A DNA stretch of 64,000 bases from contig OZ234493.1 in assembly GCA_965153455.1 (NCBI GenBank), positions 10,654,213 through 10,718,212 on the forward strand, written 5' to 3'. The notes beneath the pieces are model-generated. The model was given only the letters and a program-made list of their open reading frames with translations. It was not told the DNA's origin and did not search any database. The translations under genes and the position numbers were made by a program. The DNA is from Sphagnum compactum. Taxonomy: Eukaryota. Of the stretch, positions 23,484 to 38,000 are shown in pieces (the first letter of the stretch is position 1; every line of letters begins with the position of its first letter).

Positions 23484-24231
23484 TGCCGAATTTTTGTCAA
23501 ATTTTGAGCTGAAAAATATGATTTTAATCTATATAAAGGATTTTTCATGCTAAAAAAATGGTGGAAATTAGCAAGATTTTGAATTTAAATACCACTTTTT
23601 TGCACCCGGTTACATCTTGATGTTGTTTCATCATCATTTCATTCCATTCTCGTGCTTCCCTAAAACACTTGCGTTACATGTACATGGAAAGCCACGCACT
23701 TAGTGAAGCTTCAGCATTCATGCTTACCTCACATGGAATGCCACGCACTTAGTGAAGCTTGAGCATTCATGCTTACCTCACATGGAAAGCCACGCACTTA
23801 GTGAAGCTTTAGCATTCATGGCTTACCTCACGACCTTGGGCTAACCCCAATCTCTAGACAGGTGGGACTAATACTTGCTACAAACTTCCCCAAGTGGTCG
23901 GTCTAGATTACCATCTCTCTCGTTTGACATACTCACAAAGCCTCGTAGGTGCCAGCGAGTGAAGGTTTGTGAAGAAAGGGGCCTCCTGCAGTGTTGGCCT
24001 CAGCACGCTAAGTCCTTGAACTAGACTTTGAGTCTTATGATAACTTCCAGAAGGTAGCCCAAGAATATACAAGGGTTCTGTTTTTTATTTTTATTTATTT
24101 TAAATTTTATTTTAAATTTTTAAATAATTTTTTTACCTTCATATGTATTATTGTAGCCAAATGTGGCTAAATTATTTTCTGGATGATTTGTCACTTTGGC
24201 TACATCCAAAAATCTTTAAAAGAAAACCCTT
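23484..24231 (+). mobile_element. Copy of the same dispersed repeat family, interrupted by a ~450-bp insertion
   Basis: 23484-23588 and 24037-24231 match consecutive parts of the copy at 62750-62995. Confidence 0.65.
23682..23831. repeat. 49-bp tandem repeat, 3 near-identical copies
   Basis: acatggaaagccacgcacttagtgaagcttcagcattcatgcttacctc starts at 23682, 23731 and 23780. Confidence 0.97.
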
Positions 24232-25229
24232 GCTTTGGAGGTCACATTGTTCTTATGATAATTGGTCAACTTTTATGTCACCTTCCCAGAGTACAAGGGG
24301 AAGGCTTTCAACACGTGTCTCTTGAATAATTAATTAATTAATTAATTTTGAAAATTCAAAAACATTTTATATTCTAAAATATACTTTACTTCCCATAAAA
24401 AGATCTTTTTTTTTTCTTTGGAAAAAAATCTTTTTTTTTTTGAGAATTTCAACATTTCTACAAATAATATAATTAATATCCAAGTTGCCAAGGTGCTACA
24501 GCCTACAGGATTCTAATTTTGGCTGCAATGAGTTGAGCAATGCAATTAAATAAATAAAATAAATAATGCAATTTCTGTTGCAAAATGTCATAAGTTAAGG
24601 TAGTGGTGCTGGTGGGGCCTAACAAGAATGTAATCTTCTTTATTATTTTATTATTTTATTCTTAAGTATGCCTGAAAATAGAATTTTTTATTGAAGTATA
24701 TATGCTCGGTTGTCGGTTTAGATTGACCACTTGGACTAGTTGCATAGTGGATGAAAATCTGAAAAAAAGTTGATCCCATACAAATGGATGAAATTTTGAG
24801 AAAGTGTTGTGAAATTTTTGGGAAGTTGATACTTTGAAAAGGAACACATTTTTTTGGCAAAAGTTGGATGATGGATTGAAAAGTCCTAGAGAATTGGCCC
24901 AAGTGTTCTTGCAGAAAAGTGGACAATGGCTGAGCTTGAAAATGTGAAGAAATGGGGCCAACTTCCCCCAAGAAAGTGGGACAATGGATGAACACCCAAC
25001 AAAAGTTGTTCCAACTTCTTTAAGAAATTGACATTGTGTATCAACCCCCCAATTCTCCTGCTATCCCAAGTTCAATTTTGCCAATTTCATCCAATGTTCA
25101 ACTTTCTAAAGTTACAACCATTTTTTTCATCCACTACCAAACTCTAGCAAAGTTTTAAAACATTTTACACACAAGTTGGCATTTGAAAGTTTGATTGTTA
25201 GGAGAATGGATAAGTAGTCAAGACAATAC

Positions 25230-26714
25230 TAGTGTCGAGCGGGTATTAGAAATTGCATTGAACCCGTGTTGAGTATGGAGGTAATTCTTAAGGTTGATAA
25301 CCATAGTTCTGAAACAATCAAATACCAATTCTATTATAGAATATCACTTAATGTTGATTCGCGCTTAGGGTTAGGTTGTCACAATGATAGGCCCTAGTTC
25401 AAAAGTATCCCATAGGATTATGGCCATTAGCTCTAATTCAACATTATCTATTTTATGATCATTAATTTTATTTTATCTTTGTTCACACATGGGATTAAAG
25501 TTGGGTCTCTTAATTACAGTTTGCTTAGGGTATCTCTTTTTTGTTAATGGCAAAAAGTGGTAAAATGCAATCATCATAGTTCCTTGGAAGGTTGTTTCAT
25601 GTTCATTTCACAACTCAAGTTAGCTCAACTTTCATTTTTTTTCATTTTGCTTTGCAGCTTTGTAACATCATCAATTCTTACTTTGCTATGGGGTTTTGCA
25701 ACGTTGTCATTTTTGCAACATTTTCAATTGACTCCCTAGTGTTCTTATAGTTTTTGGAGTGTCATTTCTACGTTCTCGTGTCATTGTTAAAAAATCACAC
25801 CTTGTTTTCTTGATCTGCCACCATCGTGACCTCATCCATAACATGTGGGTGACTTCTCTCCAAAATTTGTCTATGAATTCGCACCTCCTTGTGCACTTGT
25901 GCTTATATGTGAATGTGCATTTGCTTACACATTTGCATTCAAATTTGAAGCTATTTTCAAAACTTCTGATGTTGTTTTTATTTCAAAATGTCCTTTTGTG
26001 ATGGAGCACCATTTTTCTTGGGGGCAAAATGTCTCATGTTGTTCCTATTTAAATGCTTCCTTCCACGATGGAGCACTAATGTTCTTACTTGAAAACCTCC
26101 TTCCATGATGGAGAAGTAGAGCTTCCCTTCACAATGGAGCACTTTTATTGTTGTTTCGGAACTTCAATTGTAGTTAGTTTTATCATATTAGTTTTGAACT
26201 CATTAGTTTACCATTGTGAAAACATGTTGTAAAATGCATGAATCTACATTTTTTTATCATTTTCAATTATGTTATCAATAAATTATCACTTAGTGGTAAG
26301 TGCATTATTAGTGTGCCACATCATATGTACACGTCAACTACAAATTGTTAAACTTGAACAAACATGAACAAAGTTATTGGAACAAAGGTTTAACAAAATG
26401 ATAACCGCAAATGTGAACGTATTATTATTTTAAAAAATCATTTTTTTATTTTGATACATAACTATTGTTTTCAATTTATTGAAAAAATCAAATAACCACC
26501 TAAAAAACTAGTTGTTTCTTCATGTAACTTGTGGTTTTTTGAGGTTCTTGAAATACCCAAAATCCATGGTTCCTAGATTTTGATTTTTTTCAAATACTTA
26601 AAACCAATGGTTGTTTTGATTCTAAATACCCAAAACTAGCAATTCTTTGATTATTTTTCCAAAAAAAATTAATTGGTAGTAATTATAATAATAATAATAA
26701 ATGCCCCCACACTA
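25230..26714. mobile_element. Non-autonomous hAT-type element (1485 bp)
   Basis: Exact 8-bp TSD GACAATAC at 25222-25229 and 26715-26722. Termini TAGTGT...ACACTA with a further imperfect match. Confidence 0.85.
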
Positions 26715-28799
26715 GACAATACTTTAATCCTTGCTTTTGAAGGATTGATCATAGACTAATGTACATGTTTTTCATTGAAAAACATTTAACTTAGTTATAA
26801 TTAAAAAGTTTGTCATAAGATGGGATACATTCCAAAATTTGAAGAAGATTGTTCATGTTGTGCAAGTATTATGTAACATTTGAGCTTGATATGTCATGCC
26901 CAACTACACTTGTGTGTATGTTTTATTTGCGTGGATTTGTTGAGTTTGATAGCATCGTGCACCAATTTGTTGAGAACAAAATCATGTTTTTACTTTGCAT
27001 GTATGTTTGATTCATAAGTAACATGCACATAAATAATTTTAAAATTGTCAACTATTGATGTATTGTCTTCAAACATAAATTGAAAACTAGGATTAGAAGA
27101 AAAAAATTAATATGCACATGGATTTGTTTAAATTCACTTCACAATGTATTTAATACATACAATAAATTAAGGCATGAATGTAAATTTTATTTTGTTGTAG
27201 CAAGAGATATGAAAAATGTTTTGAGTTTTTTTTAAGCTTGCTTGGTTTTATGCATTCATGCATTGTGTTTGTTATTCCACCTTTTAAATGTTGAAGGAAA
27301 AGGTTTGAATTTGTGAAAGAAAGCCAAAATTGGTTTTAAAAATAGGTTTATTAAAAAAGGAACATGCACATGATAGATAGCTTGATAGCTATATGGTAAA
27401 TAAACAACTCAAGAGAAAAAAAAATAGCATGCCGCATAAGTGGCCTAGTATTGGGAAAAGGCATGGAGGTGCAAAGCAATCACATAAGTGGTCTACTATT
27501 AGATTTAATTAGGGAGGATTCCAAATATTAAATACAAAGTGTTTTTTATTATAAATTATCCTCTCTCCTCTTTCTTTTTATTCTTTTGAGAACTTAAAAT
27601 TGTAATAAGTAGCCTTGGTGTAATTTTTTGATTTTAGTTTTTGATTTCATTCTTCTCATGTTGCACTTCAATATTTATCCATTGACTTGTTATGTTGTGT
27701 GTTTTTTCATTCTTTCATTTGGGAACATGCAGGGGAACAAAACCCCTAAATCCAAAAAAAATCAAGATCCTCTATCCCTACCCCTAAATAGGAGAAAAAC
27801 TAAACATGTAAACACATATTGGTTCATTTCATTGGAGTTCAAAAAACATTTTCCTCATGGTCTTTGGTCTAGGTAATTAAAACTAAACTTGCAATTCAAC
27901 CCAAAACCAACAAATCTTATAAAGCCTTGCATAGTTTACCCAAGGAAGGGACAATTAGGCTAAAACTTGGACTTGACTCCAAAAGTGACAATTACTTTTA
28001 GTTGTTTTTAGTATTTCTTAGACCTAAAACAAAAAGGTCTTCCATTTTACAAAAGATTTTACACCTAGGTCTAATGGTTTTTTTTAAACCACAAGAACTA
28101 GCCAATATTGGTTCAAGCATCAATTTGGACATGTCAAAATGAACTTGTAATTACCAATTAACAAAAAAAAAAATCAATTCTCAAATTTTGTCATTATGCA
28201 AATATGAACTAATGTAATGAATGTAGTTTTTTTACTTTATTGTTTAGGAATCTTGTTATTCCCAATGGATTTTCATAGGGCGCTAAGGTTAAATTAACAT
28301 GGTTAAATATATGTGTGATGTTTAATATAATGCATACCATGAATTAAGATTGTAAGCAAAAATGTTTCATTAGCAAGTTAAGTTGTAAGATTGAAACTTT
28401 TGGATTAAAATATATGTTTGAATTGGTGTATAATTTTGCAGTATGTGGAGGATGATTCAAACAAATATGGACATCAAATTTTTGAATAAAATTCCATCAA
28501 TTTTCATCACAAGCATTTAATGTGTTCAATTAATTGTTTCAATATTTTGGTTTTTAAAATCATAAATCAATAAAATTTGTCTTTATGATGTCCTTATGAA
28601 CTATGAAAATGTTTCTTCTATAGAAATTGTAAAACACATTACACCAAAACATAGCATCCATGACTAGGGCATATTGTGACTAATGTCCAAACTTAGTCGT
28701 GGAGCGATATGACCCAATCATATATGATTTTAGTCATGATTATAAAACTTTTAGTCTCATATGACTATAATATTACAACTACATGACTAATAATCATGA

Positions 28800-29770
28800 A
28801 AGGTTAGGTTAAGCAAGCTAGGTTAAGTTAAAAGGTTAAAAAAATAAAGTAAACCTTAAGTAAATTTAGATAGACATATTAGGTCCCAATTAACCCCTAA
28901 ATATAGGCTTAGGTGGATTCAATTTTTCCTAATATGTAGCCTTTAAATAGGACTAGGTATATATCATAATATGAATTAATTTAAACCTAGTTTAATTTAA
29001 TTTAGTTTAATCCAATCCTAGTTTAACCTAATTTAACCAACTTAAAGCTCATTTACCCAAGTAGCCTAGTTTATTTTAAATAACTTTATTTATTATAATT
29101 AATCTTATTTAACTCATCCTAATTTATGTAACATACTTTAACATATGTAACTTAATTTAATTTGATTTAACCAAGTATACGAACTTTAGCAACCTTTAGA
29201 TGTCATCAAGTTTAGCTAAACTTAGATTAATTAGTTCAAACAAAATACCTTTTAAAACTTCATTTAAGCCCAATTTATTCAAATTTAACCAAGTTTAACC
29301 AAGTTTAACTTAAATGGTTTAATGTAACTTGATTTCACCAATTTTAACCAAATTTAACTTAAGTATACAAGTTTAGCCTAGTTTATTCAAATTTAGCAAA
29401 ATAGATAATCAATTTTAACTAAAAACTTTATAGGTTTAGCCAAATGTATTCAATTTCAGTAATAATTCACCAAAATCAAATTTAAAAATTATAGGTTTAA
29501 CCAAATTTAGCCAAAATCATTTAGTTTAGCTAAATTTATAATTTTTTAACCAAGTTCTTAAAAGTTCACCCAAATTTATCAAAATATTAAAAAAATTATC
29601 CTAGTTTAACTTATTTTAGCCTCATTTATTTTCACCAAAATTAACCAAATTTAGCTTTAATAATCAAAATATTCTAATTTAATTTTTAGAAAAATTATTT
29701 GATCAAAATAACATAATTCAGCAAATTTATGTTATTTTAACCAAAATTAGCAAAGTTTTACCAGATTTAT
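28800..29770. repeat. Low-complexity ~10-bp periodic array (tttaaccaag/tttagctaaa variants)
   Basis: Dozens of degenerate TTTAACCAAG-like units. Confidence 0.75.
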
Positions 29771-30197
29771 CCATGGGTTTAGGCTTCATAAACTTATAAC
29801 ATATTAAATTTATAAAATGAACCTATAAAAATATTGATTAAATATAATTTACACAATTCATTATAATATCACTATGTAAACATCATGTTTCATTGTTAAT
29901 TGACATAATTCATTATTATAATTTACTATGATAAATAGGTTTTTTTTATTATGTTGTTTTAAATACCCTATGTTACTTTATGATATACCCTCTATTATTT
30001 TAGGACATTTTAGTTATTCTAACTTATACCCTAAATTATTATAATTTATTTTATCCTAAGTATAAAATTTTAAAGTAATCTAAAATAAAATATAATGACC
30101 TAAGGTAAAATAACATAGAATAGCCAATAATAGCTAATGAAAAATAATTTAAATTAACCTAAAATAAAATAACTACCAATAGCTTATGATAATATAA

Positions 30198-32034
30198 CAC
30201 TACACCAAAATACGTCTGTGTTCACTATAGGTTTCACTAGATTTTGAATGAATTTGAACATTTTTACCATGCTGAAACTGGTCAACCCCCTAGTGTACCG
30301 GGATTAGTTGCTACGGACAATGAATTGGTCCACTAATACTTAGTGAAATACAAATTTATCAAACCATTTCACTTGCTAATTAATTAACTATAATTTATCC
30401 AACAATAACTTACAATATAATAGCCACCAATAAGATAACCACTAATGGTTTAGAATAGAATAACCACCAATAGGCACCAATAGCTTATGGTAATTTAGCC
30501 ACCAATAGCCATTAATAAAATAACCACCAATAGCCACTAATATCCACCAAAAAATAACCACCAATATAATAAATACTAATAGCCATTAATAAAATAACCA
30601 CTAATAGCCACCAATAAATTAGCTATTAATATCCACCAATAGCCAATAAAATAACCATTAATAACCACCAATATAATAATTACCAATAACCATTAATAAA
30701 ATATATAAACACCAATAGAAAAATAACCAATAGCCACCAATAAAATATATAAGCACTAATAGAATAGGCACCAATAGCCATCAATAGAATAACCAACAAT
30801 AGTCACCAATAGAATAACCACAAAAAACCTATGGTAATCTAACCCAAAATATCTAATAATAACATAAGGTGAAATAGCCTTCAATAGCCAAAAATAACCA
30901 GCAATAGCCTCACATAATCGAAAGTAGTCTAAGATGAAATAATTTAAAATATCCAAAAATAACTTATAATAATTGTAGTAAACCTAAAGTGAAATAGCTT
31001 ACAATAGCCAAAAATAATATAGAATAACCAAAAATAACTTACAATAGTTGGAAATAACCTAAGGTGAAATAATCTAAAATAGCCAAAAGTAACATAAAGT
31101 AACTAAAAGTAACTTAGAATAACCGAAAGTAACTTAGGGTGAAATAATATAAAATAACCAAAAAATTTGAAAATATTCGTAAATAATGTAGGTTGAAATC
31201 ACTTAGAATAATGAAAAATAGCCCTATAATAATTGAAAATAGTTTAACATAGGTAGTAGTATTATATTAGCAAAAACAAAATCCATTTACTAAACATTTT
31301 TTTTTCAAAAAAATTGTTAATGAAATGTTATTGAACAGTGATATTCACAAAAAAAATAGTTCAAATGATTTTACACTTTCAAAAGGAAATAAATTTAATT
31401 ATTTACAATATTGAAAAAAAATTAAATTAAACTTTAATCATTTCATTTGGACAAAATTTCAATAAAATATGAATTTTCAAATTTTATATTTTTGTAATGT
31501 TTAAAATGAAATATTTGATAATAGAATGTAATGTAACACATTATCACAACAAGTGTGATGGCTTGATGGTAAAGGTGTTTATTTCTATCTTAGAGGTCAA
31601 AGGATTAAACCTCACTAATGGTGTGTTTGTGGTCAACAATGGTAAATTAATCGAATATTTTCCTATGTAGTTCCCTAGAGTAGGTGCCTACTTAGGTTGA
31701 TTACATGGCCTATGTACTTAAACTAGGTTTTAAACCCAACATAAGTAGTGACACTTGTCAATAATTCATAGGCTAGAATCATGTAATTATCAATGATATT
31801 AAATAATAAATAATTTAAATTTAATCAATTTCCACGTTGCTTAACTAATTTACTAGCAAGTGAAATGGCTTGGTAAATTTGTATTTCATTAGAAACTAGT
31901 GGACCAATTCATTGTCTGTAACAATTGGTCCCTGTTCATTAGGGGGTTGACCAGTTTCACCATGGTAAAAATGTCCAAATTCACTCAAAATCTAATGAAA
32001 CCCAGAGTGAACTAGGATGCATTTTGGTGTAATG
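30198..32034. mobile_element. Non-autonomous CACTA-like element with ~190-bp terminal inverted repeats
   Basis: Starts CACTACACCAAAA and ends TTTTGGTGTAATG. 30198-30388 is an imperfect reverse complement of 31841-32034. The interior holds ataaccaccaatagcc-type short repeats. Only AA is shared by the flanks. Confidence 0.85.
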
Positions 32035-35000
32035 AATGGACAAATTTGATCCCAAATCCATCATGGTCAACATCAATAAGTTGAAACCCTACACATTTTT
32101 TGATTTGATTCCCAAAGGGTCGGAAGTTCAAATACAAGGGAGAAAGGATGGCATAATTGAGACATCACATTAAACATTTTCCAACTTATCATTACAAGAA
32201 GATTCAACCAATTTTTACATATTGGAAAAGGTATGCACATAAGTTATGGAAAATAGTTTGGTAGAACCAAAAGTTTTTATCAATTTGACAACATTAAAAT
32301 TAACTGCTACCAATTTTATAGAATAAAAAACACTAAGTACAGAATCTTGTATCAATTCAACTGAATCATGTAGTTGTATTACACCAATTCCAGATGATTA
32401 TAATTAACAGTTGCCCATTTTCCAACTTTTTAAATTTTTGAATTTGGTAAGATTTCATCCATCACCAAGTTTTTAAATGGGCATTTCAGGGTATTCAATG
32501 GAATCCATTTCAATCCAAAGGAATCCAATAAGATTTTGGTTGGATGCTTCCAAAATTTGAATCCAACATTTAAAACCCAAAATGCATAGAAACAATGCCT
32601 ACTCATAATCACAAAATATCAACTATCTTGGTGTGATTGTTTGGTATCCAAGGGTGAACCCACCAACATTAGGCCATTTTTGATTTGTGGACTCTACCCT
32701 TACCAACTCCTCTAAAAAAGGAACTATCCCACTCATTTTCTCTTCTTGCTAATTTTTTATGTTTGTCTTTGCATTCTAAATTTTTGTTGTTTTTTTCTAG
32801 TTTGTGTGGGAACACCATTAGGGGGAGTGTGAGCAAGGAGTAGGCATAGAAGATAGGTAAAAATTCGGCAAAAAAACTAAAGGAGACTGAAGAAGGATAA
32901 ATAGTATTGAAATTGGAAAGATGACCACCAAAACTGGAAATGGAGAGGTAGAAGAGGGTAAATATGGTAGTGAGCCTCTTCGAGAAGGCAAAGTTGGTTT
33001 TCATTGAAATGGACAATTTTAGAAGTGGATAGTCAGTAAAGATGTTAAGTGGACCAAACAAATTGGTATTTTTGGTTTCATTAGTGTGTAGTTGGGGCCT
33101 ATATGCCCATTAGTGAAGGTCTACAATTGATAGTTCGGTGCAATCCATAATTGATAGAATCAATATATGGTGTTATATATGGTACTCATTACCAAAAACA
33201 TCATGTGCAAAATGGTGTGTTTGCCATAGGCCAAAATCAACAAACCACCACTAATTAAATAAGTAGTTAAATGTAGCAAAAATGTGCATTGGGATGGTGC
33301 CCATGGATGCAATAATGCAAATGGAAAGTTGGAAAGTTTCCCAATTGAAGATGAAATACATGGTGTAGATGTTGGGATTCATTCAAACAATTTGGTTGAA
33401 AGGGAGTTGCAACACATATGTGAGCAAGAACTTCATGCTTCTTGTCGCCTTGGTAGAACAAAGGAAGTAGATTGATTGGTTTATTGTTGTTTTCAATAAC
33501 TTGTACACAAGTTATGAATTTGGCAACACCCATGAAATTGAAGTGAGACAAACCCAATAAGGAGCCAAATTTTGATTTAGCCCAAGTACTCTAAACTCGC
33601 TACCAACTTTGAAGACTTGGAACTTGGGTAGATTAAGGTTACGCAACCCTAAAGGCTAAACATAGTCATTTGGGAAATGAATGTTGACATATACCATCCA
33701 ATTCGAAAAATAAGACAAGGATGAAGAGCCCAAGTTTAGTAAGGCCTCCTCGATTTTCAATACTCTTAAAGCAACATGATTAAATCCGCATGTAAAGGAA
33801 GGTGCACCAAAACTTGTCCCTTCCAACCTTTTTTAGACTTTGCATGATAGGTTGCAAGGAGAAGCAATTCTGATACAACACATTAAATTTTGATATGCCA
33901 TTAAAGTTAATGATATATCAACAAAATGTTTAAAAAGGTAGGTTGGAGTAATGGGACTTATACAAGGACAATATTCAATGAAGCTTTTACTTATTATCAA
34001 TAAGACAAACAACTTTATTAAGTAGGACTTGATTTTTACCAAAATGTCTTCCTTCATTACGGGAATTTAATTTGGTGATTCCCCAAAACACATGAAGACT
34101 AAAAAGGATAATTAGTTCTATAGTCACCAAAGTGAGGAAGAGGATATCATAACCAACATGGAAGTGTATTTTAAGCTTGGAGTCACTACAAAGTCGATTA
34201 ATGATACTACAAAGCTTACTAAAAATGTTGTAGGGTATTTTGAATCTACTATAAAGCCTTTTACCATGATAGAATTTTTTTTGTTTTGTAATCTAAAATA
34301 ATTTTGTTGCTTTGTTTAGGCACATGATCATGAGGACGTAATCACAGGTAGGAGGGATGATGATGTTAAAGGTTAGAAAAGACTATTAGGACTTTTTGTA
34401 CATGATTAACTTTGACTACTAGATTTTACCAAGTATTGATTTTACTATTGAAAATTGATTACCAATTTTTCATTACCAAAATAGATTACTAAATTTATGT
34501 TACCAACCATTGTTATTTATTTTAAGCACCAAAAAAAAAAGTTTAAATGCAACTATTACATTTAGGATTGTCTAAATTGTTGATAAAATTAACTTCTACT
34601 TGTTTTAAATACATTTTAAGAAATTTATTATTTTTAGTAGGATCACCATTTTGGATTTAAATTTGCACCATTTTGGACTTAGAGGTCATATTTCTTGTAA
34701 GCCCAATAAAGTTTTTAAATTATATTTTGATGTTGTTGTAATTCAACTTTTCGCATTCTTAAAGTTGTTTTTTGTACTATAGATTTTTGTTATTACATTT
34801 CAAAGTTGAATTTGCTTCATAATTTTAATTGTTATCACTTTTCCTACTTATGATTGTTATTTTGAATATTTGTAAGAGTTTGATAGTCTATTTGTACTAT
34901 TGTTTTAAGAAATTTTGTGATTATTTTGTCATTTTAAAGTTGTAGAAGTGTATTTTCACTTCTTGATCCTATTGCTTTTATTTTCCAAACCCAATATATT

Positions 35001-38000
35001 GTCGGATGACCTTAGTAAATGCATAGAGCTCAAGGTGAACCATCACCTACATTGGTACCTTCACCTTTGTGTGGGAGGCTTTTTAAAGCTTATATTTAAT
35101 CTAGGAAAGGGTAAATTTGGACTCAAAAATCTTGATTTAATCTAAGGATGGGATATTTATAATGGTCAGAAGTAGCCCAAATGTTCTTGGGGTTTTTACC
35201 AATGTTGTGAGGTTATTTGAAGTTTCTAATCAACAATAATTTCAAATTTTCAAAAAATGAAATCAAAGAAATGTTATTTTTGCTTGTTTCAAAATTGGAA
35301 AAACATTGATTTTAACTATTTCAAAATCAAAGAACCACAAGTTCCAATTATTTCAAAAACATAAAAGAATTGATAGCTTTCATGAAATAATCAATTTTTG
35401 TATAAGATTGATTTTTGAAATTTCCAAAAAAATTGGAAACCATAGTCACATTGTGAAACCAATTATTTTATTAGGTTATATACCAAAACATTTTTTTTTG
35501 TTTGATAAGTAATTTCAAGTTTGATTGCTTATCAAACTAGTTCTTGATTGAAGTTGGAAACTTTGGACACTTTGATGTGAATGTCATTATGTTTATAGTG
35601 TGGCACCACATGGAAAATTAAAAATCATTAGTTTGGATTAATTGTAAAAAGTTCAAACTTTTCCTTGTTTTTGTTTGTTTCATATCCTTTGATATTCATA
35701 TTATTGTGTGAAAGGCCAAAATTTTGTCAACCCATCATGTGAAATGCATTTGTTAAAACTACTTGTCACACTGAAATGAAAAATGAAAACTAACGTGTCA
35801 CAAAAAAATAGGTAAACACATAAAATAGTCCACTAATTACATTTTCCAATGTCATCACTCCTTGAATTTAAAGAGGCGTCTACCTTCCTACCCCAATTTT
35901 ATTTTTCTTCTAATCTACAATTAAAATTTCTCATGGTTGCAAAACATGCATGGTACCCTCATTTTTAAATTATATATATGTGCATGTGGTTCTCATTTTT
36001 CAATTTCACTTAAATGATGCCCTTAAACAAATTATATGGTCAACTTTCTTCTAATTAATGTAGATTATCAAAGTTGAAAACTAATCAAAATAAAATTCAA
36101 GAGGGGGGACTTTATCATGTAATCATATTGCATCCATAGTCCTATAGTAAAACCATGACCAAAGGTAGGCAATTGTAATGTACCATAGTTATAATCAAGA
36201 CTAATTAAGTTGGACATTAAGTTTGGTTCACATGATTAGTGATATAAAAATTTGTAAGATTTTTACTTTTTCTCACTTTTGGTGATTGAAATTCTCCAAA
36301 ATCAATTAAAATCAAATAATTTTTGAAATTTGAAATTTTTTATTTAATGAAATTTCACCAATAAAAAGACGTTGACATGATTACATTATTGATTTTACAA
36401 CATAGTCACAAAGTGTCTTAATCATGGAATTTGGGTTTTGGTGTAATTTGCTTTCATATTAATAAATCTAAAAAAATCAATGAACGAATTACTTGCAAAT
36501 GTTTTGGTTGAATTGTAGTAGAATTGTCACTTTTATAGGATACTGAAACTATTAACAAAATAAGGATTAGGAAGGAAAAGTGAGTGAGGAAGGAATAATT
36601 CAAGTTTATCATAAAATCCAATAGATTGCAAACAAGAACCCTATGTTTGGCTGATATATGGGGTAGAATGTGAAATAATTTACAAATCCTGGCCAAAGGC
36701 AAATAAAAAATTCAAAAAATGTGTCGAAATTAATTGTCCCCATAAATTGCTTTTATCTTTTGGGGTTCAATGCAATGGATTTTCTTTCAAACGCATTATT
36801 AGTCGAAGAACAAATGTTAATCAGAAAGGACATAACATTGACATCTTTCTACAATGTTAAACCCATGTTTGGTTTGAGTAAGGAGCTTTCAAAAGTTAAA
36901 CCAAACTAACATCTTAATTGTAGAAGTTCATTTTTTAATAAACTCAATTTGGGTTTAACAATTCATAAGTTAATGTTATGTTCGTTCCAATTAGTATTTG
37001 CCAATAGTGTTATACCCATGCTTCTGAATTGACACACTACAACACATATGTGATTAACAACTTATGAGTTGTTTAACCCATATTGTAGTGTCTTCTTGAG
37101 AGCACCTAGATTCATTCAATATAACCACATACCTAATGTGATAATTGCAAAAGTTGAAAAACTATCATGTTTTATGAAGTTTTTTAAATCACTTTGTTTC
37201 AAGCAATTTCATATGTTTTCTAGCACCACAATAGGTTTTTTTTTGTTGTCATCTTCACACATCATGCCCTATCCCATAATGTGTTGCTTCTTTGACCATT
37301 GATTATGAATGGATCTTTGGTGATGTGAAGGAAGTTGCAACATTGAACAAAATACGTGTTCTTCAATGATCAATTTTTTATTGCCCCAAGTTAATGGACA
37401 TGCATGTGTAGATTTTGGGTGCACCCATCCAATTGATGGGTTGTTTTGAAGTCTACCCATCTACTTGTTGGGTTTCTTCTCAAAATATGAATGTTGGGTA
37501 ACTGATTTAATCATGCCTCTATATGAAATGTAAAAAAAATTTCATATGAATAAAATTTTAAATAATTTTTTTTGATAAACATACAAATAATTAGCTTCAA
37601 TTCCTTTGAATCTTATTAAAATGATATTTTAAAAAAATGATTTGAAAAATTATGCAAGAATTGATTAAAATAAAACACATCAATTTTGAAATAAATAAAG
37701 TTTTAATATAAATTTCTTTTTTGAAATATGAATTTCTTTAATTAATTTGATGTTATTTGAAAAACTTCAATAACACTTTGATGAAGATTTAATAACAAAA
37801 ATCATACAAAAATTATATTTTAATTGATTAATTTGTTTGTATTGTTGTTGCCTTTTATGTTTTAAAATTTTGTTATTGCCCTAAAATAGTTGACATGCAT
37901 TGATGATTTTAGGTTTTACCAAACATGCATGGGGCAAAACACAACTAGTTTTCATTGGGATCCATTATTATTGCACCATTGAAGTTGTTGGTAATGCCAT

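Noticed and set aside
23682-23831. CRISPR-like array
   Set aside because: Units are head-to-tail with no unique spacers, there are no cas genes, and the context is eukaryotic.
32669-34400. Possible decayed transposase ORFs
   Set aside because: No diagnostic motif could be reconstructed.
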